A DNA stretch of 64,000 nt from Epithemia pelagica (Eukaryota > Protista > Bacillariophyta), in NCBI GenBank assembly GCA_946965045.2, contig OX337237.1:2852001-2916000 (forward strand), read 5' to 3'. The position numbers and the translations under genes are program-made. Below are positions 10,448 through 22,666 of the stretch, piece after piece (the stretch's first letter is position 1; each line of letters opens with the position of its first letter). The notes beneath the pieces are model-generated. The model ran no database searches. It was not told where the DNA came from and was given only the letters and a program-made list of their open reading frames with translations.

Positions 10448-12403
10448 ATGACCAGCCAAAGCAGTGTGACAACCACATCGTCGGATGGATGGTTCTGGCC
10501 AGTCGGCCATGTCCAAAAAAGGATAATCATGGAGGATCCACGAGTCGTCTGGACTCGACAGGGTGGACGACCACAAGACGTGGTAGTTCTACCACCCACC
10601 AATATGGATCATCCCTCCGTAACAACAACGAATGTTCCTTCCAAAAGGGAGTCCCCAACAACAAGCACCACCACTCTTCCATCCAACCATCGTTTGGGTC
10701 GAATATGGTCCGCCGAAGAAGCGATCCAAGCCTGGTGTCGGCAACAATCCGGCCAAACACATGAAGACGAAGACGACCAGCAGAATGATGCACACAATGA
10801 CCCGGAAACGACCAGCGAGGACAACGACGACCATGACAACAACAACATGGAGCTCAAGTCTCTCGACACGAGTTCACCTGCACGATTGCGGTTGGTCTTT
10901 TGCAATGCCAGTCCCACGCACGAGTTGGTCTATTCGTGGATTACTCCGAATGGTACCCTGCGAGGATTTCGACCCTTGCCACCCACTCCTCGAGGCGGCA
11001 ATCCGGTGGTGCAGTGGCTGGCCACCCACTTTCAACCACACAAGAAACAACAACAACAGAGAATGGATCAGGGTGTCGTGGAACGATCCTTTGTCGGACA
11101 TGCCTTTGTGTTTGGCATGGTTCCATCCGCGGATCTGGAGCAGCCAACCAAGAAGAAGAAGAAGAAAACCACAAAACGTCGAACTACCACCAAGGCTCAT
11201 TTGAAAAATTTGCGAGACCTCAAAGATATTGTGGTCCTGGGAGCCTATCGACCCGAACGAACGACGCTTCCCTCCCTCAAACGACAACGAGTCGAACAAG
11301 AGGACGACAACGAGGACGAGAATGATGGCAATCACAGTGTGGATAGTAGTGACAGTGATGAGGATGAATTTGCGACCCATGTCATTACATTGCACCCTCC
11401 TCCCTCTCCCGAAAAGTGCTGCTGTGATGGCGATGGTGGCCTTCGTTCTTCCCCAACAAACAATCGTGAAATGCTCCAACAAGAACCAAGCACTGTTGCA
11501 GCCCATTCATCAACCGATGGGAATGCCGATTGGATGTATTATCCCATGGATTCGTCCTGGACGATTGAGGTCGAGTCCGTCACCTATTCGACGGCCGGAC
11601 AACGGCGTCGCTTGTGGCTGGATACGACTCAAACCAAACGCTATCGGAAAACAACCTTGGGAAAGGAAGAATGGCCCGTCTATATTGATGAAGACTGTTA
11701 CAACAAGCAATCGAACGACGACTCGACCCAAGAATGGCTCGACATGTTGGCCAGTGATTTGGATTTTGCCTTGCACCATATACCAGAGCATGCCAAGGCA
11801 CTGCTGAAATCGCATCCCTGTTGTTTTTGGATCAACCAGTCCTTTGAGTATGGACCCAAACAGGCACCAGAAGAATTGACACACATGTGTTTTCATCCCG
11901 GCAAGGATTGGTTGCGCAATCATGGCATGCATGAGCAAAAGTGTCATTGTGTTGAAGTGTACAATCTCCAAGAATATTGTGGCACGGATCGCGATTATTG
12001 GGGACCGGGTGGTGTCTTGATTCATGAATTGTCCCATGCCTATCATTACCTCTGTTTGCCGGATGGATACGACAATGCCGACATTCAAACTTGTTATCAA
12101 CACGCCATGGACCAAGGCTTGTACGATAAAGTGGCGGTCCATGGTCCACAAGGACCGACGGCACGAGCCTATGCCTGTACCAATGCCATGGAATACTTTG
12201 CCGAATTGTCCACTGCCTTTTTGGGTGGCATTCCGCCACAAACGAATCATGGTACAGAGACGACGAGAGAACAACAACAACAAGATGAAGATGAGGAGGA
12301 AGAAGAATACAACAAGTGGTATCCCTTCAATCGATCTCAACTCAAGACTCATGATCCTCGAGCCTATGAAATGTTGCAAAAGATTTGGAAAGTCGAGTGT
12401 TAG
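10448..12403 (+). CDS. Zinc-dependent metallopeptidase (HExxH) with N-terminal VHL-beta-like domain
   Basis: LIHELSHAYH followed by YACTNAMEYFAELSTAF (zincin, anthrax-LF/MtfA-like pattern); LRLVFCNASPTHELVYSWITPNG...SFVGHAFVFG resembles the VHL beta domain; true start may be ATG 10529. Confidence 0.75.
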   Translation: MTSQSSVTTTSSDGWFWPVGHVQKRIIMEDPRVVWTRQGGRPQDVVVLPPTNMDHPSVTTTNVPSKRESPTTSTTTLPSNHRLGRIWSAEEAIQAWCRQQSGQTHEDEDDQQNDAHNDPETTSEDNDDHDNNNMELKSLDTSSPARLRLVFCNASPTHELVYSWITPNGTLRGFRPLPPTPRGGNPVVQWLATHFQPHKKQQQQRMDQGVVERSFVGHAFVFGMVPSADLEQPTKKKKKKTTKRRTTTKAHLKNLRDLKDIVVLGAYRPERTTLPSLKRQRVEQEDDNEDENDGNHSVDSSDSDEDEFATHVITLHPPPSPEKCCCDGDGGLRSSPTNNREMLQQEPSTVAAHSSTDGNADWMYYPMDSSWTIEVESVTYSTAGQRRRLWLDTTQTKRYRKTTLGKEEWPVYIDEDCYNKQSNDDSTQEWLDMLASDLDFALHHIPEHAKALLKSHPCCFWINQSFEYGPKQAPEELTHMCFHPGKDWLRNHGMHEQKCHCVEVYNLQEYCGTDRDYWGPGGVLIHELSHAYHYLCLPDGYDNADIQTCYQHAMDQGLYDKVAVHGPQGPTARAYACTNAMEYFAELSTAFLGGIPPQTNHGTETTREQQQQDEDEEEEEYNKWYPFNRSQLKTHDPRAYEMLQKIWKVEC

Positions 12404-12746
12404 ACGGAGAGGGAGCGCGCGCTGTATATGATGATTAATCTCATAAACATGAGAGCAGGTGCATCCAAAGTGGCAACATGGGATGAATTTTGTATGAACT
12501 CGGATTGATCTATCCAGTTCTAGGATGCCTTCAGCTGCAAACGCTTTCTATACATATAAAACATGTACCATATTATACTATTCGCTTAGAATTCAAAACA
12601 TTCTCTGTTGGTACAGAAGAAAAAAATCATGGTGGTGCACATGCAGAAAGTCATGTAAGAATCTTTGGAAGAAACTCGGTTTTCGCGTTGGACCTTTATT
12701 CATTTGAGTGTTCTCCTTCACTGTTCGTTGATGCTGTTGCCGATTA

Positions 12747-14681
12747 TTATTGTTGTTGTTTCTCCGTGGCGGCAACATGACTGGGCGCCTTTCCCTCGAC
12801 GTAATAATCCGACTCTTGGTCTCCCACGACAAAGGCGGCCCGACCACGAGCTTGTGTCCGATGATCAAACAAGGCACTGGTCGTATAGGTGGAGGTTAAG
12901 TCGTCGACAAATTGCGTTCGATCCACGTGCGCCCACGACAAGCGATGACCTTCTTGGACATCCAAGGCCAATTGTCCGGCGGCGCGTTGCGCATAAAAGA
13001 CAGCGTCTTCGGGAGTTTGCGTCGTCGATGGTGAAGTGGTTGTTGCCGCAGTCGTAGCCGTGTCGTCCAGAGTCACTGTGGAGGAGAAGGAGGAGGACGA
13101 CGAAGATTGTGCCGGTACTATGGCATAGACATCGATCCATTCCACATCAAACATGACATGAGCTGGATCGTCGTTGCTGTTGATTGTGGATTCAGTGCTG
13201 TTCTGCTTGATGGAACGTACCGGTACCAAGGGACCCGACGCAAAGGATTGATCTGTCAGGACGGCAGTACACTCTTGCAGAGATTCGGTCACGTGCAATC
13301 GTGGGAATTCGGGACGCAAACCACCCACGGCCAAACCACCTTGATTCTGGTTGTCCTTGGCAGAAGAAGAAGAAGACAAGCATTGAATTTGAGGATGCGG
13401 TTGCCCGACCGTAGAAGTTGTCGATTCCTCAAAGGTTCGTGCAAACATGTGCCATTCGGGAGTAAGGGTACACAAAAAGGCATCATTGAGGTCTGACGCT
13501 TCATCTTGGTCGTTGCACCGATGACCATGCCATTTTCCATTTGAGCGCCAAGGTGCTTGTGTATAATACGCAAAAACAACAGGTTCTGCAGTGTTTTCAG
13601 TATCATCGGTTTGGGGTTGCACACCAAAAATGAGTAGCGTGGGTCCGACATAACCCAAGAGGGCTTGTTCTAGGGTGCAAAACGACAAACCATGTTGACA
13701 ACTGGAATAGAGAGCATACCAATGTGAGTTCAAAGGACCCAACATGGCGGCCAAGGGTGTCCTATACGACAAGGATGACGATGAGGAGGAAAAGGGGAGT
13801 GCCATGTCCCATTCACGTGGTTGTCGCACTTGAGGCCACGTCCAAGGAGGACATGCTTGAGAGCCCTTCCAAAGGCTCTGTTCAGCATGCGCATCGGTTG
13901 TGGTAAACCACAATTGAGCAAAGAGTGTGGGAACAATGGTATAGATCCAAGGAGCACATTCGGTCAACCATTGGTTCCATGTCGTCCAGGAAACATTGGT
14001 GTCGTGATGATTGTGTTCCTGGGCCATGAGTTGCAAGGATGCTTCCCATGAAGAAGGTACTGTTGTTCCTTTTTGGTTGGTGGCGTCGGATCCCTTTCTC
14101 TCGAGACACTGCAAGAGGGAAACTAGTGTTTGCAAGAGTTCAGTTTGCTTCTGGTTGTTGTTCTCGGAGGAATGATGATGATAGAACAAGGCTCGATGGA
14201 CAAAGGAAGTAGTGTTGCCTCTTCGTCCCAATAAGGAGACGGCAGCTTCCAAAAAGACAGCCAAGGACTGCAACTCATTAGTGTCCTCAAAGCCCATGAC
14301 AAAGACAGTTCGCATTGCCCAGAGAAGCATGTTTTGGACGGTCAGCATCACATTCTCATCCTCCTTGGAACACAACAAGGCTGTAGGGTCCGATTCTGCA
14401 ATCAACCACCATAATTCTGGCCCTTGTCGCTCTTGTGATGACAAGAATGTGGAATGTTCTTGATAAAAGTGGACGAGTCGTTCCAATTCCCAGGCCGTCA
14501 AGGGAAACCGATCCAACAAGCGTTCGCGAACGACTGGTGTCAATAAAAATTGACTCTGGTCGTTCTTCTGGTTGGATTGGTCGTTGTTGGACTGGAGTTG
14601 TGGTGGTGAGGAGTGGTCTTCTTTTTTTTCTTCCATGGTTGGTACATCTGTTGGATGACTTGTCGTCGTCGTCGTCGTCAT
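12747..14681 (-). CDS. TLDc-domain protein (OXR1/NCOA7/TLDC1-like)
   Basis: WYALYSSCQHGLSFCTLEQALLGYVGPTLLIF...VFAYYTQAPW...AFLCTLTPEW...FDVEWIDVYAI matches the TLDc pattern. Confidence 0.75.
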   Translation of the reverse strand: MTTTTTTSHPTDVPTMEEKKEDHSSPPQLQSNNDQSNQKNDQSQFLLTPVVRERLLDRFPLTAWELERLVHFYQEHSTFLSSQERQGPELWWLIAESDPTALLCSKEDENVMLTVQNMLLWAMRTVFVMGFEDTNELQSLAVFLEAAVSLLGRRGNTTSFVHRALFYHHHSSENNNQKQTELLQTLVSLLQCLERKGSDATNQKGTTVPSSWEASLQLMAQEHNHHDTNVSWTTWNQWLTECAPWIYTIVPTLFAQLWFTTTDAHAEQSLWKGSQACPPWTWPQVRQPREWDMALPFSSSSSSLSYRTPLAAMLGPLNSHWYALYSSCQHGLSFCTLEQALLGYVGPTLLIFGVQPQTDDTENTAEPVVFAYYTQAPWRSNGKWHGHRCNDQDEASDLNDAFLCTLTPEWHMFARTFEESTTSTVGQPHPQIQCLSSSSSAKDNQNQGGLAVGGLRPEFPRLHVTESLQECTAVLTDQSFASGPLVPVRSIKQNSTESTINSNDDPAHVMFDVEWIDVYAIVPAQSSSSSSFSSTVTLDDTATTAATTTSPSTTQTPEDAVFYAQRAAGQLALDVQEGHRLSWAHVDRTQFVDDLTSTYTTSALFDHRTQARGRAAFVVGDQESDYYVEGKAPSHVAATEKQQQ

Positions 14682-15179
14682 GACTGTTGTTTCTCAGAGT
14701 TGCGGGTCGTCCGAATGTTTTCGAACAGAACGTCAAAGTTGTTTCGTTGTTTGTTTCGGTTGAGTTTTAGTTTTTGTGAGTGTACGGATGAAGGACAAAG
14801 GGATCTGTGTGTGTGTGTGTGTCGACGTTTTGTGGCGCGCTCTCTCTCTCACTTTTTGGTGGGTGTCACGATCGATCGGCTTTGTGTCAACTCTCCCAAA
14901 CGAGAACCCGTGGTTGTGTGATTCGTTCTTCCAACGACAATGACAAGAGGAGAACGACACAATCTGTCAGTCAATCTTGCAAGGTGGTTCTGTTCAACTG
15001 ATGCAAGTTCCAAGTGGTGAATGGGATCCTTCTCGTTGTTGTGTTGCGGCACTTCACATATCACATATATAGAGTATGAGTATGTAATAAACCCGAACAC
15101 TACGATCTACCATAGTCTCTCCGTTATACCTAGAGGGTTAACATAGTATTAATAATTCCCGGTGTCGCAATAGTAGCAC

Positions 15180-15351
15180 TGTCTTATTTTGCCTGTGGGG
15201 GCAAAATCCCACTATCGTAACAACATCCTTACAGATAAAAAGAAAATTATACTACGTTCAAGCAGAGGCAAGAAAGTAACCATGTAAGCGGTAAAATCAG
15301 CTTCCGTGGGTCTTGGATGCCCGTGATCAAGCTAACAGCCGGAATAAGACA
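15180..15351 (-). repeat. 3' LTR (172 bp) of the 5.6-kb element
   Basis: Identical to 20655..20826; TG...CA termini. Confidence 0.95.
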
Positions 15352-18300
15352 GTCCCCGCAAGTCGATTTCCGACTTGGAATGAAGGCTGTGGCATGAGGA
15401 ACATATTCAAGCCAAAGTCCCCATGGGTCCATGGCGGATAAATGCATGAAACCCATTCCTCACTCATTCATGCTCGTTGCAATTTGATGTCATTCTTGTG
15501 TTCGGGACGGTCCTCCACCTTGCTGTCTCTCCCTATCTGACAATGGCGCTCGAGATAGCCTTGTCGCAAGACACTGTTCCATAGTGTGACACCTGTTTCT
15601 TTCAACCCTGCTCCTTTTAATACCCAACAGGCACCCCATGACCAGAATGAGCGCAAAACTTGTTGTCCGGTCGCCATTCAATGTATTTGCCCCAGCAGAT
15701 AGATAGATACATGATCCTGCACGAGTCTGTTGGCGCTTCCACGTCGTAAGCTGAGTCCAAGTGAATGTTTACAGAATATACCATTCCCTGCGTCCAGAAA
15801 GTACTCCTTCTCGCCCCGTCTGCGCAAGTGATAAATGCTATGTAATCCAGATGCACCATTTCTCATCATCGCAACTCCCCAACTATTCCACAGCTTTGCT
15901 GTACGGATAATTCCTTGTTCTCTCTACCACATATCATATCTCTCTTAATTTTCCTCCCAGCAATGAAGGAAGTATCCCACAACGTTTGCTACCACACATT
16001 TTCACCCCCCATTACTAAGAGCGACCATGTTTTGATAACTTGTCCCATGCCCCGTGGTTCACAACAACTCATGAATCAGACATCGTGTCCCGATGTCCCC
16101 GTCTTTCTTGGTCGATATGAGGAGTGCACTGTCCCCGTCTTCTTTGATTATATTCACACTGCTTTCCAAACACTGTCCCCGTCTTCTTCGATTATATTCA
16201 CGCTGCTTTCCAAACTGTGAGGTCCCCGTCCTTTTTGCTGCAATTGAGGTCCCCGTCCTTTTGCTGCAATTTCCATTTCATCCTAAGCTCAGACTGTCAT
16301 CATTTGTCATTTTCTGTAAGTCAAAAGTTACAAGGTTTCTCCCATACACCAATCATTCCCAATTCTGTGGTTCGACTCCTCTTCGACCTCTCCCAGCGTG
16401 GTGTGACCTTTTCCAGTTCCGATTCATATTTGACCAACTTCTACCGTCTCCATACACTCCTTACCTGACAATGTCCTTAACTGGCCATGCAGATCATTTC
16501 CATTTCATTTCAGGCCCTCTCGGATGGCTAAGTATGATCGTCGTCCTATTCTTGCACCTGTCTCATGGGCCTGTCCTCCTGACAACAACCCCTCTCGTAG
16601 CAAACAAGGAGACTCCCCCTTGGCAGACACGAACAAAACTCTGTCTGCATGTACAGAGAGCAACCCATACGTAGCCTCCTACCCAAAGTGTACCTCTCTC
16701 CAGTTTATGTTCGCCTGGGCAACCTCCTCAGGGATTATGTTGCTTCCTCCAGAACAAAGGATCCGGCAACCTTTCCTCCGATCTCTAGGGCATTTTTGCT
16801 TCCTGTCGTTTGGCTGCACTTGGCCAGTAGTGTCATTTCTGTCTCACCTCCAGTCTGTTTGCGGCTCTACCAAGGTCTCTCCTTTCCTGCACACAAAACT
16901 CCAGAACGGTTCCACTGATGTCATCAACCAACCACACCACTGTCCCGACGAACAAGACACATTTCCTTTGCGTTTAACACATTACCTTTGCGTTTGACAC
17001 ATTACCTTTGCGTTTGCAGTACTCATGTCCTAGCCTTGGGCTACTCAACAAAAATTGGCATTTGGAGGTACCTTTACCATTTCCTCGTCCATGGACGAAG
17101 TCTACGACGACACTTTCTTCCGCGCGGCCGTGGTTTCCATTTCCGACGTTGATGTTAGTGGTGACTTTGATTCATTGTGTCAACACATTTGTGCGATTTA
17201 GTGTGACGGTGCAGTTTTTCCCTCTTGGTGAGTTTGAGTCCACATCCGTTTCTTCACAATCTCCCAACAAGAATCCGTCTTTGGTTCAAAGTCTCATTGA
17301 CACACCAGGCATTCCGTCGTCCAAACCTAGCACCAATCCCACCACCAGTCCGTCGTCTCCCACGGCGACAACATCTCATGTACGGCCCAGTCAACGCAAA
17401 GCTCTTTTTCCTTACCCAACTTCTCAACCAAGGTATTGTCCCCGTCCTCTGACCATGAAAGCCAGAGCTAGCATGGGAAGAGGAATGTAAGCAACCAGGT
17501 CTTGCCCCCCATTTTTTTTTCCATAAGATCGTGGGTATTCCTTTCACGTGTTTTGTTTTGTTCCCTTTTGTGGGCGGTCCGATGTATATTCTTCTGATGT
17601 CTTTCCTAGTTCATCCAAATGACCTTGAACTTCCATCATAGTAACGAGACGCGAATCCAATCCCCACTTCTGAACACTGTCTTATTCCAATGTTCCACGT
17701 CCATAGCCCACAATTCACCACTGCTGCAATACTTCTTGTCCCTTACCAGGCCAATGCGTCTCTTGACCTCATACTTCAATTCGTCCCCGCGCATATCGTC
17801 TCCGCGCATACCACAGCGACTCTCTCTCTCTCTCTCTCTCTCTCTTTTCCAGCCAAAACTCGTCCATGATACTTTAACCTTCCGTGGTGGCGCGAGAGGC
17901 TTCGCATTCCAACTCTTCCTGATTTCAGCCATTCGTGAACTGTCATTGGACGTACGAGAAGAGACAGTATCCAATCCTGTTCCATCTCCATTGTAAACCC
18001 CTCACGAATGTACAACTTCTCTCCCGTGTACTGTGTGGACCCCACAAAATCTCCTGACACAGACTTTCCACCATTTGTGGCTATGGTCTTACCTGAGACA
18101 AGTGTTGCATTTGTGGTTCCGCTGCCATACCTCAACAGGGATCATTTCCTTTTAACATTCACGACTCTATACAATCTCTCCAAGGTTGCAAGCCTACAGT
18201 GCAAAGACACAGTTCGCTGTTTCACCTGACCCAAGCCTACGCCAGATAGGAGCAATCCGCCATCATACTCCAATAGCTCCAAGAGCACCCTGACCCGACC

Positions 18301-20654
18301 AGATCTCCATGGTAGGGTCACTCGCCGCTCCTTTCGTAATCTTCGCCTGTGCATCCCCACACCATTTCTCTGTGCTACAGGCACGGGTGGCTCATCAGCA
18401 CATGTTTTGTCTGGATCCGCTATCCTCATACTCATCAACTTCCGGCATCTCTTCCATGACCATCTCTCCATATTCCTCTCATCGGATGGGACGATTCCTG
18501 TTAGTCCCCGCTTTTCCCTCTTCTTTTTCCACGTCCACCAAATATCCTGGTCCACTTCCATTATCTTCCACGAAATTCTTGCCATCAGCCGAGTTAGTTG
18601 GCTACTTCGTCTTTTGCATACCGAGTAAAAGTGTTCCCAGGATCCGTAGTGGCCCTTCTTTCGAATGGCAGAGCAATCACTTCAAGTGTCCGTGATTTTG
18701 TACTCTCAATGAGGGCAGACTGTTTCTATGGCCCACTTCTCCAGTAGGCCCACTCCTCATGCGGGCCCAGGATCCACAAGTGATTGTCAACCTTTGGAGA
18801 GGAGTGTAGATAATTCAAGTACACACGCAACGGAACAACCCAAGGCGACCAACGATTCGACTGACTTGACGAAATGGATGGATCAGAGAGAGGTAGGAGC
18901 TTTCGTCACGGGGCAGATCGTGACAGTTGCTTTTCCGCCATTGTCCGAGCCCTGCCAAACGTCCTTGGGAACTAGCATATCACAATAGGGAGCTTATCTC
19001 CCGTCGTCAACGTTTCTGTCTGGTTTCTTTTGGCCAATAACCAGGGTTGCTGCTGCCTATTTTGTCCCCGTCCTCCAACCATGGCTCTTGCGGAGCTATG
19101 GGAGGAGGAACCTTCTACTCCACGAGGTCCTCATTCCCATGTCGATGACCCAACCAGTCTTTCCTTGTCATTTCATACCAAATGCAGAGCAGTCTCCAGC
19201 CAACTTTTGCATCCAAAACGATGTCCCATTAAAGATCCTGTGGTTGATACATGCTTGGCAGCCCCAATGCTTCATCCCTTCATAACCCAGCGTTCTGATC
19301 CCAATTCGGCTACAAATCCCAGTCGATACTCCGACTCCCTGATGATGCAGATTCCTTGTCCGTTGCCAATTGATGTATTGCTCCAATGCAGGGGCACGAT
19401 CTGTTATGCCACACGTCATTTCCATTACTTCCGACACTGCATTGCCGCAAAATTTCCACATCCAACTCCCTACGAATAAATCCTTTTCACGAGAACTTGA
19501 ATTCCTAACAACTGGGGTTATTCCTTTTGTCAATAGAGCTCTTCCTCAATGCCCAATCCGGTGACACCTGTACCATGGGTGCCACTATCACGCCCGGATG
19601 CACCCCTATCCACCAGTGGCACCTGTACCTTAGGTGCCACCATGACTCCCAACTCCCAGATGCATCCTTATCCGGTGACACCTGTACCTTGGGTGCCACC
19701 ATCTCCCAGATGCACCACACGGTGCACCCATCCCAACAGCCATTCCCCCTGCAACTATCCCGTTGCAGTTCCCATCCCAGTATTAGATGAACCTTCCGGG
19801 TGCTTCCCAACCAGCGGTGATACCCAAGGCTGTGGGATTTCCGCTTCGACTCCCTCCACTACCTGTGGGTACTTAAATTGGTAGCGGCTTCCACTTCCTC
19901 TTCAACTTCCTCCACTACCTGTAGGTACTTGAATTTGGTAGCAGCTTCCGCTTCCCATTTGTGTTTCCACTTCCGCTCCTTGTTTTAACTTCCACTTCCG
20001 CTCCCATTCGATGTACTGTGCTGTTCCTTTCCTAATTCTGCGTCCTTCATGGATACTTGTATATCTGCTTCGGCTTCCACAGCTTCTGCTCACACAACTT
20101 CTGTAACTCCCTCCATTTCTGTAGCTCCTACAATTCCCATTACTTCCAGTTTATATCAGTCATTGTTGTCAATGACAAATAGTGATTCTTTGAGGTCTCT
20201 GTTTCGTCGTTTTCAAGCACATCGACTGCTTCCCTTGCACTTTCTTGGCTAGCTCTCGCTGAAGCTCTTTCCCATCTATTATTTCTTGCCTCTTTCTGCC
20301 TCGAATGACGCGATGTAGCTTCTTCCTGCTCTTGTTGTCGTGGGTACAGGTACTCAAAGCAAATGACACTCCCACAAATCGCTGCATTCAAGCTTTTCCC
20401 TACACTACCAGCTCCATTACGGAACCACCAGTACTTCCACCAGTGCCGACATCACTGGGGCAACTCCGTTTCCCTTTCCTTCAGGCTTCCGATCTCACTC
20501 CCGTACTGGTTCCCCCCGCTGGGACAGCGGTTCCCTTAGTAATTACTGTTTCCGGTCGGCTATTCCCATTTCAACACGCTTCGTTCCTTGTAGCATTCCA
20601 TTCCTGGTGTTCGCTCGCTTCGCCATCTTTCTATACTTCTTGGGTCTGATAAAC

Positions 20655-20826
20655 TGTCTTATTTTGCCTGTGGGGGCAAAATCCCACTATCGTAACAACA
20701 TCCTTACAGATAAAAAGAAAATTATACTACGTTCAAGCAGAGGCAAGAAAGTAACCATGTAAGCGGTAAAATCAGCTTCCGTGGGTCTTGGATGCCCGTG
20801 ATCAAGCTAACAGCCGGAATAAGACA
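20655..20826 (-). repeat. 5' LTR (172 bp) of the 5.6-kb element
   Basis: Identical to 15180..15351; followed on the minus strand by GTTTATCAGACCC (putative PBS). Confidence 0.95.
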
Positions 20827-21148
20827 GCACCCCCCCTAGCATAAAAAAATTCTGCCTACAAGCCCACTCCGACCAAAAAACCAGGGACATGCGCACCTCA
20901 ACCGACCACGCGTTCTCATGTGACGACCCGGCGCTATTAAGTAGTGGATTTCTTATTTCTGTCGTCGGCATACCGCATCTTATACGACTGAGTCCAAGGA
21001 CATATCCTAATTCTTGTTCGGTAATAGAGATTTCTCGGAAGCAACATCCAAGGATGCATACCATTCATTCGTCTCAATGACAATGGTACCGAACAAGTCT
21101 TTGTCTTCTTAGTTAGACAGCCATTATCCGGAGAATCCAACAGTCAGG

Positions 21149-22666
21149 ATGTCATCCGAATACGACAACGACGTTGGTATCAACCAGGTACCTCACTACG
21201 AGCGCCGTATCGGCGACGTTATCCGTCTTGGTTCGTTCATGGCGATCGAACTCAAAGATCAACCAACAAAGACTTACACAATTGCCAGGTTCGAGGAACG
21301 AATCAGAGAATACGATGAAGCAGAAGCCTGCTTTGAGACCAACATCCGTCTCCGTCTGGTGTTCCTACCTCTTTTCCCCACCCAGCGCCTTGCATGTCAC
21401 CCCAAGCCACCGAAGCACTCCTTCAGTCCAATCCAGACAGGTCATGGCTCAGAGAACATTGAATTATACAAATCCAGGGAGGTCCGATGGATTGAATCCG
21501 AACGACCTGATCCAAATATCAAAGTTCTTTTCCCCGTTTTCGTTTTCACTACCAACGAAATGTAAGATCCTAAAAATGCCTGGTCCAAAGGCATTCACAA
21601 TGTTTTCGTCGTTCGGTTCTGGCACTATCGCTCGTACGAATGGGACAAAACCATCAATTTGCTTGTTCCGCTCCCAGAAGGAATCAAACTGGGTTTCGTC
21701 AACGACCATCCCAAGCATACACAAGGGCGAAACATGGCCATACCCCAACGCTGCTACCACTCCTCGATTTGGACGGGCCTCTACACCCTCCAAAAGTCGT
21801 TCACGAAGTTGCTAAACAAACGTGGTCTTACGAGTGCCAATAAAGAAGCCGTGTCCATGAATATCGGAATGATCCCCATGGAGACAATTCAATATGTCTG
21901 CATGGCAGTCAATTCGGTAAAGCAAATTCGTCCTCATCCTGTCACCTTATCTGAATCTTACCTTCATTTGAACCAGTCTTTGAAACGTTCTAAATTCAGG
22001 ATTTCGTTCCTTGGTGGAGTCCTACGCTTTCAATCCTCAGATGACCTTACTATTTTACGGAAGATTTTTGGTCCATGCTCTACTTATGGATCTTCCGAAA
22101 GGCGTCCCACCCTGAGTGATGGACCTCAAGGATTGACCCTCAAGAGAGGTCACCACTTGACAGTGGTTCGTGGCAAAGAACCCTCCGAGTCCGATGACGG
22201 TAACTCCAAGTTCAAGAGACGTTTTACCGAGCAACGCATGGACGTGACCTTTTCTCCTTACAACGTTCGGATCACCGCATGCTACGAGCGTTATGTGTAT
22301 AATCTCAACGATGATGGGAGTCTTCGGGATCCTTCTCCATGTGTAAACCTCGACAGGATTCTCGCTGGCAAACCTTCCGGCCCTGGCAAACCAAAGGACG
22401 ACACTTCGCATACGGACGAGGACAGTGAGTCGACGGCATCGAGCAAGGAACAGCTACTCGCCTCAATCCGTGTCGGAGACCAATTTCTCAAGGACGGAAC
22501 GGTTTGGGAGGTCATTGACATCGCCCGCAACTCTAGCCCGAAGAAATGTGTTTGTCGAGTCATTGGTGGCGAACTGTACGAACCCACAGTCGACAAAGAG
22601 AACCAGGAAATCTTGGAACGTGATGACATGGTGGAGCTACTCCATGACATCCACGAATTCGCCTAA
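21149..22666 (+). pseudogene. ~505-codon hypothetical partner gene of the RAG1-like transposase, with one in-frame TAA
   Basis: ORFs 21149..21565 and 21659..22666 share a frame; the bridge after TAA 21563-21565 reads open (DPKNAWSKGIHNVFVVRFWHYRSYEWDKTINL); converges on the transposase with only ~85 bp between stops. Confidence 0.65.

Larger units (their letters stand above)
15180..20826 (-). mobile_element. LTR retroelement, 5647 bp, coding-decayed or non-autonomous (gypsy-like by 4-bp TSD)
   Basis: Identical 172-bp LTRs with TGTCTTATT...AATAAGACA ends; TSD GCAC at 15176-15179 and 20827-20830; purine-rich minus strand with only short ORFs and faint gag/integrase-like traces. Confidence 0.85.

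Noticed and set aside
10527-14921. Many 60-290 aa ORFs overlapping or antisense to the peptidase and TLDc genes (similar shadows across copia and LINE)
   Set aside because: Shadow frames of real coding sequence and trinucleotide-rich tracts
15352-20654. Specific gag/RT/RH/IN domain calls inside the 5.6-kb LTR element
   Set aside because: Only faint motif echoes by eye across many stops and shifts; not enough to assign coordinates
21149-22666. Calling the partner gene RAG2
   Set aside because: No kelch repeats, acidic hinge-PHD arrangement or Cys/His pattern visible; only the gene layout matches
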